Assembly (NCBI GenBank): GCA_014190575.1
Contig: BJGQ01000014.1
Coordinates: 1,303 to 65,302 of the forward strand
Source of the DNA: Bacteroidota bacterium
GTDB taxonomy: Bacteria; Bacteroidota; Bacteroidia; Chitinophagales; UBA10324
Length of the DNA stretch: 64,000 nucleotides
Direction: 5' to 3'
Position numbers and translations under genes: made by a program. Shown here one piece after another: positions 28,989 to 36,570 of the stretch. Numbering within the stretch: position 1 is the first letter of the stretch; the number at the start of each line of letters is the position of its first letter. The notes under the pieces were generated by a model. That model worked only from the letters and a program-made list of their open reading frames with translations. It was not told where the DNA came from and did not search any database.

Positions 28989-29041
28989 AGATTTTTTAAA
29001 GGATGACAAAAGTCAACAAAAAAAAGTGGCTCACAAACTTC

Positions 29042-29431
29042 TCATGAATAAACATGAAGAATATTATTTATTAACTGAGTATAATATTTTGTGAGAGGTG
29101 AAGTAGCAGAACCAAATGTTGGATTCCCAGAGGTATCATAATGGCTTTGACAACATGGACAAACGAACTCATTAGTAGTTTGAAATTTTATCAAACATGC
29201 ATCATAAGTACAGTATGCAGAGAACGCGATGTAATTATTATTGACATCCTTTGCAACAATAACTGAAGAATTAAAAACTCTATATCCTCCAAGTGTTGTT
29301 AAATCAAAATTTGCCGGGTCATTTAAATCAATTGTGAAATCTATTTGAGGAACTTTGTCTTTGTTACAAGATTGGGTTGACAAAAAAATTAAGCATAGAA
29401 TTATAAAATTGAAAAATGAATTTCTTTTCAT
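29042..29431 (-). CDS. lipoprotein with Rieske-like domain (cluster-ligand His residues substituted)
   Basis: Lipobox LIFLSTQSC. The C-terminal pattern AYCTYDAC..(x13)..CPCCQSHYD aligns with the Rieske C-x-H...C-x-x-H boxes, but with Tyr and Cys at the His positions. I prefer the ATG at 29431 (MKRNSFF..); the track ORF extends to 29452. Confidence 0.5.
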   Translation of the reverse strand: MKRNSFFNFIILCLIFLSTQSCNKDKVPQIDFTIDLNDPANFDLTTLGGYRVFNSSVIVAKDVNNNYIAFSAYCTYDACLIKFQTTNEFVCPCCQSHYDTSGNPTFGSATSPLTKYYTQLINNILHVYS

Positions 29432-29523
29432 GATGAAAATTTGCAACGACAAATTTAAAAGAATTCTGACAGCGGAATTATTTCAATTTAAACAATATTT
29501 TTTTCTCCAAAATTCGATAAAAT

Positions 29524-29554
29524 AAAAAAGGGATGTGAAAATTTTTCACCGCCC
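29524..29554 (-). terminator. hairpin plus T-run downstream of the tRNA-like fragment (diverged copy of the tRNA-Pro terminator)
   Basis: GGGATGTGAAAATTTTTCACCGCCC at 29530-29554 with a plus-strand A-run at 29524-29529. It is paralogous to 29877-29908. Confidence 0.5.
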
Positions 29555-29588
29555 TCATTATGTCGGGGTACCTGGACTCGAACCAGGG
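29536..29588. repeat. 53-nt exact direct repeat, copy 1 (terminator arm + 3' flank + 3' 26 nt of tRNA-Pro)
   Basis: TGAAAATTTTTCACCGCCCTCATTATGTCGGGGTACCTGGACTCGAACCAGGG is identical to 29891-29943. Confidence 0.9.
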
Positions 29589-29630
29589 CCCCTCCCGACT
29601 TCTCTAGTCGGGATCCACTAACCAACTACT
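29563..29630 (-). pseudogene. tRNA-like 3' fragment (T-arm and acceptor 3' strand identical to tRNA-Pro; no 5' acceptor strand)
   Basis: The minus strand reads ..GTAGTTGGTTAGTGGATCCCGACTAGAGAAGTCGGGAGGGGCCCTGGTTCGAGTCCAGGTACCCCGA. There is a 7-bp stem with loop TAGAGAA (A where U33 is expected). No sequence is complementary to TACCCCG at the 5' side, so a cloverleaf cannot form. Confidence 0.6.
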
Positions 29631-29876
29631 TGCGTTTTTCAATCCATGCTCTTACACGAATTGGATTCTTCAAACTCTTTAATTCTATTTCAAGTTGCAC
29701 TGCTTCACTTCGAGTTTCAAATTTTTCCGAATGCAATAATTTCCACGGACTTTTCCTTTTGTATATTTATTTCTGTTTGAATTGTGTCGAATAATTCTGT
29801 CTTCCAGATTATTAGTTTGTCCGATATAAATTATTCCGGAAGTTTCTGATTCCAATATGTAACTTTAGTAACTCAT
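29626..29876 (-). pseudogene. GIY-YIG nuclease family gene, decayed (in-frame TAA at codon 4 plus a 1-nt frameshift)
   Basis: Frame 1 reads MSY*SYILESETSGIIYIGQTNNLEDRIIRHNSNRNKYTKGK. After the frameshift near 29743-29760 the reading continues SPWKLLHSEKFETRSEAVQLEIELKSLKNPIRVRAWIEKRK*. Together these match the small Bacteroidota GIY-YIG (URI) proteins. The length of 251 nt is not a multiple of 3. Confidence 0.75.
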
Positions 29877-29908
29877 AAAAAAAAAGGCGATGAAAATTTT
29901 TCACCGCC
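29877..29908 (-). terminator. Rho-independent terminator of tRNA-Pro
   Basis: Hairpin GGCGATGAAAATTTTTCACCGCC at 29886-29908. On the minus strand it lies 9 nt after the tRNA 3' end and is followed by T9. Confidence 0.7.
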
Positions 29909-29943
29909 CTCATTATGTCGGGGTACCTGGACTCGAACCAGGG
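29891..29943. repeat. 53-nt exact direct repeat, copy 2 (within and downstream of intact tRNA-Pro)
   Basis: Identical to 29536-29588. Confidence 0.9.
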
Positions 29944-29991
29944 ACCCCCTGCTCCCAAAGCAGGTACGCTAGCCAACTGCGCTACACCCCG
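29918..29991 (-). tRNA. tRNA-Pro (anticodon TGG)
   Basis: The reverse complement reads CGGGGTGTAGCGCAGTTGGCTAGCGTACCTGCTTTGGGAGCAGGGGGTCCCTGGTTCGAGTCCAGGTACCCCGA. It forms a canonical 74-nt cloverleaf with anticodon loop TTTGGGA. Confidence 0.92.
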
Positions 29992-30030
29992 AACTATTAA
30001 TTATTTCAATTTTAAAGAACAACTTTGGTG

Positions 30031-30121
30031 CGGAGAGGGAGGGATTCGAACCCTCGATACAAGTTTAAGCTCGTATAACGGTTTAGCAAACCGGCCCTTT
30101 CGGCCACTCAGGCACCTCTCC
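30031..30121 (-). tRNA. tRNA-Ser (anticodon GCT)
   Basis: The reverse complement reads GGAGAGGTGCCTGAGTGGCCGAAAGGGCCGGTTTGCTAAACCGT...GAGGGTTCGAATCCCTCCCTCTCCG, with a long variable arm. Confidence 0.9.
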
Positions 30122-30178
30122 TGTTATGCGGGCAAATGTATAAAATACTTTGAACCCTCAAAGAGAAGTTGAAAAAAA

Positions 30179-31612
30179 TCAGGTAATACTTAGCTGAATT
30201 TTCTTTTCTATCTCTTGAACTGACTCTTTAAATTCCTTATCAGTATCCATCATGTCTTTCACTGCCTGACAACTATGAATAACAGTACTATGGTCACGAC
30301 CACCGAAATGACGGCCAATAACCTTCAACGAATTTTTTGTATAACTCTTTGCTAAGTACATGCTTAACTGACGAGCCTGTACAATTGCGCGCTTGCGTGT
30401 TTTCTCTTTTAACTTTTCAGGTTGAACGCTGAAGAATTCGCAAACTGCTTTTTGTATGAACTCAATGGAAACTTCACGAGAAATTGTTTTAACAAAATTC
30501 TTGATAATTTTTTTCGCTAAGTCCAAATCAATTTCTTTTCTGTTCAAAGAAGATTGTGCTAATAAAGAAACTAACGCGCCTTCAAGATCGCGAACACTGG
30601 TGCTTATATTATATGCAACGAACTCAACCACATCACGAGGTAATTCAATTCCATCAGCATACATTTTCTTTTCAAGAATAGCGATGCGAGTTTCAAAATC
30701 AGGAACCTGAATATCAGCACTCAATCCCCAACGGAATCGACTCAACAATCTTTCCTCCATTCCTTCCAAATCACGAGGTGCACGATCAGAAGTAAGAATT
30801 AATTGTTTACCGCTTTGATGCAAGTGATTAAAGATGTGGAAGAAAATATCCTGAGTGCGATCCTTGTTAGCGAAGAACTGAATGTCATCAGCAATTAACA
30901 CATCAATCAATTGATAGAAGTGAATGAAATCATTCACGCTGTTATTTTTTAATGCATCTATAAACTGATTGGTAAATTTTTCTGCCGGAACAAACAACAC
31001 AGTTTTATTCGGATACAAATTTTTAATTTGATTTCCGATGGCTTGTGCCAAATGTGTTTTTCCTAAACCAACTCCACCATAAATTACAAGTGGATTGAAA
31101 GAAGTAGCACCGGGTTTTTGTGCAACAGCATATCCGGCACTGCGCGCTAAACGATTGCTATCACCTTCAACATAAGTATCGAAAGTGTACGCAGCATTTA
31201 ATTGTGAATCAATATTCACTTTGCGCAATCCCGGAATGATGAAAGGATTTTTTATCTGATGTCCCATCACCATTGATGCAGGCATCTCTTGTGTTTTCAC
31301 TGCATTAGTAGTTGCAGTTGGAATGTTAACAGTAAATGGTCCGTTCTTTTGCGAAGAGTTATCTACCACAACCTGATATTCCAAACGGGCATCGTTTGAA
31401 AGTTCACGCTTCAGTGCCTTGCGCAAAATGCTTACATAATGTTCTTCAAGCCATTCGTAAAAAAACTGACTCGGAACCTGAATGGTTAAAACATCGCCTT
31501 GAAGTTTAACCGCCTTAATAGGTTCAAACCAAGTTTTAAAACTTTGCGGGTTTACATTGTCTTGTATGATTTTCAGGCACTCATTCCAAACGGATTCTGC
31601 TGACTTCGACAT
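30179..31612 (-). CDS. dnaA: chromosomal replication initiator protein DnaA
   Basis: N-terminus WNECLKIIQDNV..FKTWF, AAA+ Walker A GGVGLGKTHL, Walker B ADDIQF and the domain IV DNA-binding motif (GRHFGGRDHSTVIHS). Confidence 0.95.
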   Translation of the reverse strand: MSKSAESVWNECLKIIQDNVNPQSFKTWFEPIKAVKLQGDVLTIQVPSQFFYEWLEEHYVSILRKALKRELSNDARLEYQVVVDNSSQKNGPFTVNIPTATTNAVKTQEMPASMVMGHQIKNPFIIPGLRKVNIDSQLNAAYTFDTYVEGDSNRLARSAGYAVAQKPGATSFNPLVIYGGVGLGKTHLAQAIGNQIKNLYPNKTVLFVPAEKFTNQFIDALKNNSVNDFIHFYQLIDVLIADDIQFFANKDRTQDIFFHIFNHLHQSGKQLILTSDRAPRDLEGMEERLLSRFRWGLSADIQVPDFETRIAILEKKMYADGIELPRDVVEFVAYNISTSVRDLEGALVSLLAQSSLNRKEIDLDLAKKIIKNFVKTISREVSIEFIQKAVCEFFSVQPEKLKEKTRKRAIVQARQLSMYLAKSYTKNSLKVIGRHFGGRDHSTVIHSCQAVKDMMDTDKEFKESVQEIEKKIQLSIT

Positions 31613-31714
31613 ATTGACTGTATAGTTTTTTTTATTTGTTGTGATTCAATTCGACGATGAATGTATGTATGTGCGCACAAAACTGCAAGAAAATATTTTT
31701 AAAAAAAATTTTTT

Positions 31715-32650
31715 TCAACTTGCAGAATTGGAAATTATTACTTGTTGTGAAATTGCCTGTTTATCAATGCTATTTTTTTTAAAATAGAAATCTAATTTTC
31801 CTAAAACCAATCCTGCCCATCCAACTTGATTTACGAGCACTTGTTTGTTATCAATGTTTTGGTAACTTATCGGCGCATCAAAAAATGTATGTGTGTGCCC
31901 GCCTATAATTAAATCTATGTTTTTAGTAGATTGTGCAAAAACCTCATCACTGATTTTTTTATCGTCGTACTTTGCTCCTAAATGCGATAAACAAATTATC
32001 ATGTTGCAATGGTAATCATTCTTCAATTGCGCAGCAATATTATTTGCAATAGAAATCGGTTCTAAATATTTTGTTTCACCAAATAATTTATCAGGCACCA
32101 ATCCTTTCAGTTCAATTCCGATTCCGAACACACCGATTTTTAATTTTCCTTTTTTAAAAATTTTGTACGGAATAGTTTTTCCCTGCATTGCTGTATTGGT
32201 GAAATCATAATTTGCAACTATCAATGGAAAAGTTGCATTGTGTAATTGACTCGCAAGACCTTCTACTCCATTATCAAAATCGTGATTGCCGATTGCACTT
32301 GCATCGTACTGCATCTGGCTCATCAATTTCATTTCGAGTTCACCATGAAAATAATTGAAGTAAGGTGTGCCCTGAAAAATATCTCCGGCATCTAACAACA
32401 AAACATTATCGGCAGCACTGCGTAATTTTTTTATCAATGATGCTCTTGCTGCTGCACCGCCAAGCCCTTGAAATTTTCCTCCATCCATCGGGAAAGGGTC
32501 AATGCGCGAATGCCAATCGTTGGTGTGAAGTATCGTGAGCTTTTGTGTCTCGTCACCTGCAAATGCTTCGAGCGGAAAATTATTTGCACCGAGTAATAAT
32601 GCACCGGCACCTAATTGCTTTAAAAATTTTCTGCGCTCATTCATTGACAA
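31715..32650 (-). CDS. 5'-nucleotidase/metallophosphoesterase domain protein with Tat-type signal
   Basis: Twin-arginine signal ERRKFLKQLGAGALLLGA. Calcineurin-like motifs ILHTNDWHS, DAGD, GNHDFD and GGHTH. Confidence 0.85.
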   Translation of the reverse strand: MSMNERRKFLKQLGAGALLLGANNFPLEAFAGDETQKLTILHTNDWHSRIDPFPMDGGKFQGLGGAAARASLIKKLRSAADNVLLLDAGDIFQGTPYFNYFHGELEMKLMSQMQYDASAIGNHDFDNGVEGLASQLHNATFPLIVANYDFTNTAMQGKTIPYKIFKKGKLKIGVFGIGIELKGLVPDKLFGETKYLEPISIANNIAAQLKNDYHCNMIICLSHLGAKYDDKKISDEVFAQSTKNIDLIIGGHTHTFFDAPISYQNIDNKQVLVNQVGWAGLVLGKLDFYFKKNSIDKQAISQQVIISNSAS

Positions 32651-33380
32651 CTCTGTGTTCGATTTTTTCAGAAATAGTTTTTCCTTCTGCAGTTAAAGAT
32701 AGAATGTAATTGATTAAAAGATTCCGAAACAAAATCGGACTCAATATTTTTTTTTCGGAATTCAAAAATGCGCAATCGTCGCCGCCATTGGCAATGTAAT
32801 CGCTGCATACAAAATGATAAGTAGCAAGTGTATCTAATTTTTTTCCGTTGATGTAAATCTGTTCGGCTGTTCCTTTATAAATCATATACTGCATTCCGGC
32901 AACGGGCCAACCACCTTTTGCTGCTGCTTTATTAATTAATTGCTGAACATTTTTTCCACGCACTTCCATTAATGCAATTGCATTGTCAAATGGCATGAGT
33001 TCAAATATTTTTCCCATTGTGATTTCTCCTGCGGTTAATGATGGAATCCGGATTCCTCCATTGTTCACGATGCTGAAATCAATTTCCGCATTCAATTCTT
33101 TTCGCGACTGTAACAGTAAAGCATCAGCAACAAAATTTCCGAGTGTGCCTTCGGGTTGTTGCTTTGTTAATTCCGTATCTGATTTTCCGATTACGATTTG
33201 CATTGTTTTATTCAAGCTGTCGCGAAAGGGAATCAAATATTTCCACATAGCAGAATCAACAGGATAATCTGCTTTCATACTGAATTTGTTTGCCGAATAA
33301 TCAGCAACCTGGTAGGGTTTGCAAGCTTGAATGATAAATGATAAAATATAAATGATGAATGTTGAGCGAATGAATTTCAT
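32637..33380 (-). CDS. 5'-nucleotidase C-terminal (substrate-binding) domain lipoprotein
   Basis: Lipobox FIIQAC. GNFVADA..., NNGGIR and F.NAIALMEVRG are typical of the UshA C-domain. The start of the downstream metallophosphatase ORF (31715..32650) overlaps this gene's stop by 14 nt (32637-32650). Confidence 0.8.
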   Translation of the reverse strand: MKFIRSTFIIYILSFIIQACKPYQVADYSANKFSMKADYPVDSAMWKYLIPFRDSLNKTMQIVIGKSDTELTKQQPEGTLGNFVADALLLQSRKELNAEIDFSIVNNGGIRIPSLTAGEITMGKIFELMPFDNAIALMEVRGKNVQQLINKAAAKGGWPVAGMQYMIYKGTAEQIYINGKKLDTLATYHFVCSDYIANGGDDCAFLNSEKKILSPILFRNLLINYILSLTAEGKTISEKIEHRVVNE

Positions 33381-33390
33381 GAATGCAAAA

Positions 33391-35751
33391 CTATTCCTTC
33401 ACAATTTTCTTCACAGCAAAATTTCCATCTTCCAATAAAACTTTCAGAAAATAAATTCCAGAAGGAAAAGATTTCAGATTTATAATTTGTGAATTAAGAT
33501 TTGGTTTAACACTCAAAACTTCTCTGCCAAAAATATCTGTAACTGTAAGTGTTGCTCCTGAAAACTGCATACTGCCTACAGTCAACTGACTACTGAACGG
33601 ATTCGGATAAACAGCCAACTGCAAATTGCCAACTGCCAACTCATTCACTCCAGTAATTACAATTGTATTGAGTGTGGTGTTAGTGACAACCGGGGAATTA
33701 AAATCAAAATAGATACTTGCGGTGTTTTCTATTTGTGTTCCGATGGCGAGATTTTGTTTTGGTTTTATTCTGTAACTCACATATCCCTTGCTGCCTTCAG
33801 TGTTGCTTCCGCTATCAGGTAAATTAATATTGACAAAATTGAAGCGCACTTTATTTCCGAACAGTTGTACCATTGGGTCGAATGAAGAAGAGAGCAATTG
33901 AAAAGTGCTTTCATCCAAATCAGAATCGAGTGTATCGAGAATCTGAATGTGTTGCGCAGGTGCAGTGCCGGTGTTCTGAAAATGAATGGTGTAAGTAAGC
34001 CAGTTGTTGAACGGATAATTCAAATCTCCAATGGGACTTACTTCTTTTTCATTCGGGTCGAAAGAATTTGAAACTGAAAAGCAATGCGTGAGTGCGTTGT
34101 TTAAAATATTATTATCTCCAGTTGTTGGTGTAACGCTCACATCAAAACAAATTGCATCTCCTATTTGCGCAGTTGAATCAGTGAGCACATTGAATGCAAA
34201 ATCAGTTGCTGCATTTACCAATGAAAAATCTGCAATACTGTAAGTAAGTGTATCACCATTTACTGTTGGTGTAAGTGCTCCAGCTAATGGAGAAACATAA
34301 TTTGCCGGACCATTGATTACAATTTTTACTTGTCCGCTGATGCCGGAACTGCAAGACACATTGTAAATGGATTGAACAATGTCTCCGGCAATAATCCACA
34401 TTGCAGTTGTGTCTTGAGGAAATAAAATGCTATTTCTTACTACATTCCAAACTCCATTGTCATACCCTGGTTTACAAATGAATCGAAAATTAATTCCGTA
34501 ATCCATAGAGTCAACTGGAGTTAAGGAAGTTTGAAAAGTGTCATTGTTTGGACAAACAATGTCAAATGGAAAATCCAGAGTATCAACAGAAGTGAAATAA
34601 TTTCCTAATGGTTCATCAAAGGAAAATTCACCTAATGCATTACTTGACACTTGTTCAATTAAATTAAATGTTGAGTCAAATAATTTTAGTTTCGAATTAT
34701 ATATGCCAGAACCATCATTTGCGGTTATACAATCATTATCAAAATCTGAAAATACAGACCCCTTCATGTTCCAAGCCACATTGCAATTATTGCTATTAAA
34801 AAAATTACAAATCGGAACTGTATCAACTGCCAGGTTGCTTCCGACATGTTGAATCAAATTAGGTAAGCAGTTAATTCCTGTGCCTGTAATATAAAAATTC
34901 AATGTGCTACCAAATAAAAACTCAAACGAAGGCAGGCACATTAACTGCGGATTATTCATTACACATACCATACTCATTGTATCATTGAAAGGAGGTAACT
35001 CGGTAATGTTATTGTTTGCACAATTTAAGTATCCCAAATGAGGAGGAAGTGGTGGAATACTTGTTAGCTGATTATAAGAACAACCCAACTCACTTAATGA
35101 ATTTGGAAGCTGTGGTAAATTAGTCAATTGATTAGATTGACAGAACATATATTTAATTGAATTTGAAAGAAAAGGTAAATTTGTCAATTGATTATTATGG
35201 CAATAAAATTTCTTAACTACTGATGGAACATTTGGTAATGATGTTATTAAATTAAAGGGACAATAAATCACATGCAAAGAATCCGGAAAATTTGGAATTG
35301 TTGCAAGTTGATTGTGATCACAATAAAGTAATATGAGTGAGTCCGGTAACGAGGGTAAAGAGGTCAGATTGTTAGTAGCACATCTAAAAGTTTTAATCGA
35401 ACTGCAGAGAGACGGTAGGTTATTTAAACCATCATTTGCTAGTTCAAGAAATGTTAAATTCTGAGGAAGGGCAGGAACCACCGCATTATTCAAACCATCA
35501 GCAGTTAATGAATCAAGGTTATCAAAGTATTGAATTCCAAAAAGATTCTGAATGTTTGTCTGCCAGTTTATATCAATAATATTTTCATTGACAATTGAGC
35601 TACAAGTTGTATCCATTTGATTCCCGCTCATGCAAGCAGGATAATTTGCTTGCAGCCACGCAACAAAATTCGCATCAGGTATAGTCACCCATTGCGCTTT
35701 AGAAAATGAAAAACTAAAAATGAAAAAAGAAAAGAGGAGAAATTTCTTCAT
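33391..35751 (-). CDS. secreted leucine-rich-repeat (LPX-type, 20-aa repeat) protein with T9SS C-terminal sorting domain
   Basis: Signal peptide ..SFSKAQ. About 8 tandem repeats of L(T)xLPxLPxSLxxLxCxxNQ span aa ~95-265 (nt ~34956-35466). The C-terminus reads LAVYPNPFSSQLTV...GIYFLKVL. Confidence 0.75.
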   Translation of the reverse strand: MKKFLLFSFFIFSFSFSKAQWVTIPDANFVAWLQANYPACMSGNQMDTTCSSIVNENIIDINWQTNIQNLFGIQYFDNLDSLTADGLNNAVVPALPQNLTFLELANDGLNNLPSLCSSIKTFRCATNNLTSLPSLPDSLILLYCDHNQLATIPNFPDSLHVIYCPFNLITSLPNVPSVVKKFYCHNNQLTNLPFLSNSIKYMFCQSNQLTNLPQLPNSLSELGCSYNQLTSIPPLPPHLGYLNCANNNITELPPFNDTMSMVCVMNNPQLMCLPSFEFLFGSTLNFYITGTGINCLPNLIQHVGSNLAVDTVPICNFFNSNNCNVAWNMKGSVFSDFDNDCITANDGSGIYNSKLKLFDSTFNLIEQVSSNALGEFSFDEPLGNYFTSVDTLDFPFDIVCPNNDTFQTSLTPVDSMDYGINFRFICKPGYDNGVWNVVRNSILFPQDTTAMWIIAGDIVQSIYNVSCSSGISGQVKIVINGPANYVSPLAGALTPTVNGDTLTYSIADFSLVNAATDFAFNVLTDSTAQIGDAICFDVSVTPTTGDNNILNNALTHCFSVSNSFDPNEKEVSPIGDLNYPFNNWLTYTIHFQNTGTAPAQHIQILDTLDSDLDESTFQLLSSSFDPMVQLFGNKVRFNFVNINLPDSGSNTEGSKGYVSYRIKPKQNLAIGTQIENTASIYFDFNSPVVTNTTLNTIVITGVNELAVGNLQLAVYPNPFSSQLTVGSMQFSGATLTVTDIFGREVLSVKPNLNSQIINLKSFPSGIYFLKVLLEDGNFAVKKIVKE

Positions 35752-35767
35752 GTTGTTTTGTTAAACG

Positions 35768-35816
35768 CTTCGACAAGCTCAGCGTGACAGTCGTCGTCGT
35801 TCTGAGCTTGTCGAAG
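35768..35816. repeat. REP-like perfect 15-bp inverted repeat
   Basis: CTTCGACAAGCTCAG (35768-35782) and CTGAGCTTGTCGAAG (35802-35816), separated by CGTGACAGTCGTCGTCGTT, in a divergent intergenic region. The arm sequence resembles a palindromic intergenic repeat family that I recall being common in Bacteroidota genomes. Confidence 0.6.
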
Positions 35817-35887
35817 AATGTCTGAATCAAATGTAAGAATGAAAATTGTTTTGTGTTGCTTACTTTTGAAAATGAAAAGCAATTGAA

Positions 35888-36100
35888 ATGTCGTTAAGAG
35901 AATCGAAACAGCAAACCGAACAACTTATTGAAAGTTATCTTTCATTGAATGAAACTGAGAAGAAAGATATTCTCAGAACTATCCGTTTGAAAAGAGCAAG
36001 AGCACTTGCAAAAAAATTAGACAAGCGGAAAACGAATTCCATTTCTGAAAAAGAAATTATCGCTGTTCTTCAGAATATCCGAAAGAAAAATCAGGCATGA
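35888..36100 (+). CDS. putative antitoxin (70 aa) of a PIN toxin-antitoxin pair
   Basis: Small charged ORF overlapping the downstream PIN gene by 4 bp (ATGA). The assignment is by position only. Confidence 0.45.
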   Translation: MSLRESKQQTEQLIESYLSLNETEKKDILRTIRLKRARALAKKLDKRKTNSISEKEIIAVLQNIRKKNQA

Positions 36101-36507
36101 ACAGAGTAGTTCTTGATTTGAATTTCTGGTTGTCGGTATTTATTTCAAAGAAGAATTCACTTTTATTAGATACTATTGAAAAACACGACCTAGAAATATT
36201 TTCGTGTGAAGAATTCCGGAAAGACCTTGAATCAGTTTTTTATCACAAGGATATTTTTAAACGAAAATTATTTCCGCCATTCGATTCCTATCTTGAATTT
36301 CATGCTGTTGTTTCAGAAACAATAGCCATTCAGTACAGAGGAGGATTGATTCACGATTACAAAGACAAACTCATTTACGATTTGTGCATTCAAAGCCGCA
36401 CAAGAATTCTGGTCACTAACGATTCTGATTTTGATGTACTGAAAAAATTCAAGCGACCTGAAATAATTATTATGAGCACTGCTGAGTTCTGGAAAGTTTT
36501 TAAATAA
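36097..36507 (+). CDS. PIN-domain toxin (PIN_3/VapC-like)
   Basis: N-terminus VVLDLNFWLSVFI (first acidic residue) and C-terminus ILVTNDSDF, which is the PIN_3 pattern. The protein is 136 aa. Confidence 0.65.
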   Translation: MNRVVLDLNFWLSVFISKKNSLLLDTIEKHDLEIFSCEEFRKDLESVFYHKDIFKRKLFPPFDSYLEFHAVVSETIAIQYRGGLIHDYKDKLIYDLCIQSRTRILVTNDSDFDVLKKFKRPEIIIMSTAEFWKVFK

Positions 36508-36529
36508 TTAGTTCGAACAAATTTTTTAA

Positions 36530-36570
36530 TACCCTGCAATTTTAAAATAATATTTTACATTTGCAGGGTA
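36530..36570. repeat. palindromic element copy A (TACCCTGCAA-N21-TTGCAGGGTA)
   Basis: 10-bp perfect arms with an AT-only spacer. The right arm ends on the A of the ATPase ATG (36570). Copy B at 37737-37775 is nearly identical. Confidence 0.85.

Noticed and set aside
31613-31714. oriC directly upstream of dnaA (or in the tRNA cluster downstream).
   Set aside because: The 100-bp AT-rich spacer contains no convincing TTATCCACA/TGTGGATAA boxes (best are partial, e.g. TGTGATTCA and the palindrome TGTGCGCACA). I found no cluster of DnaA boxes anywhere in the window by eye. In Bacteroidota the origin is often not adjacent to dnaA. A genome-wide GC-skew and DnaA-box scan is needed.
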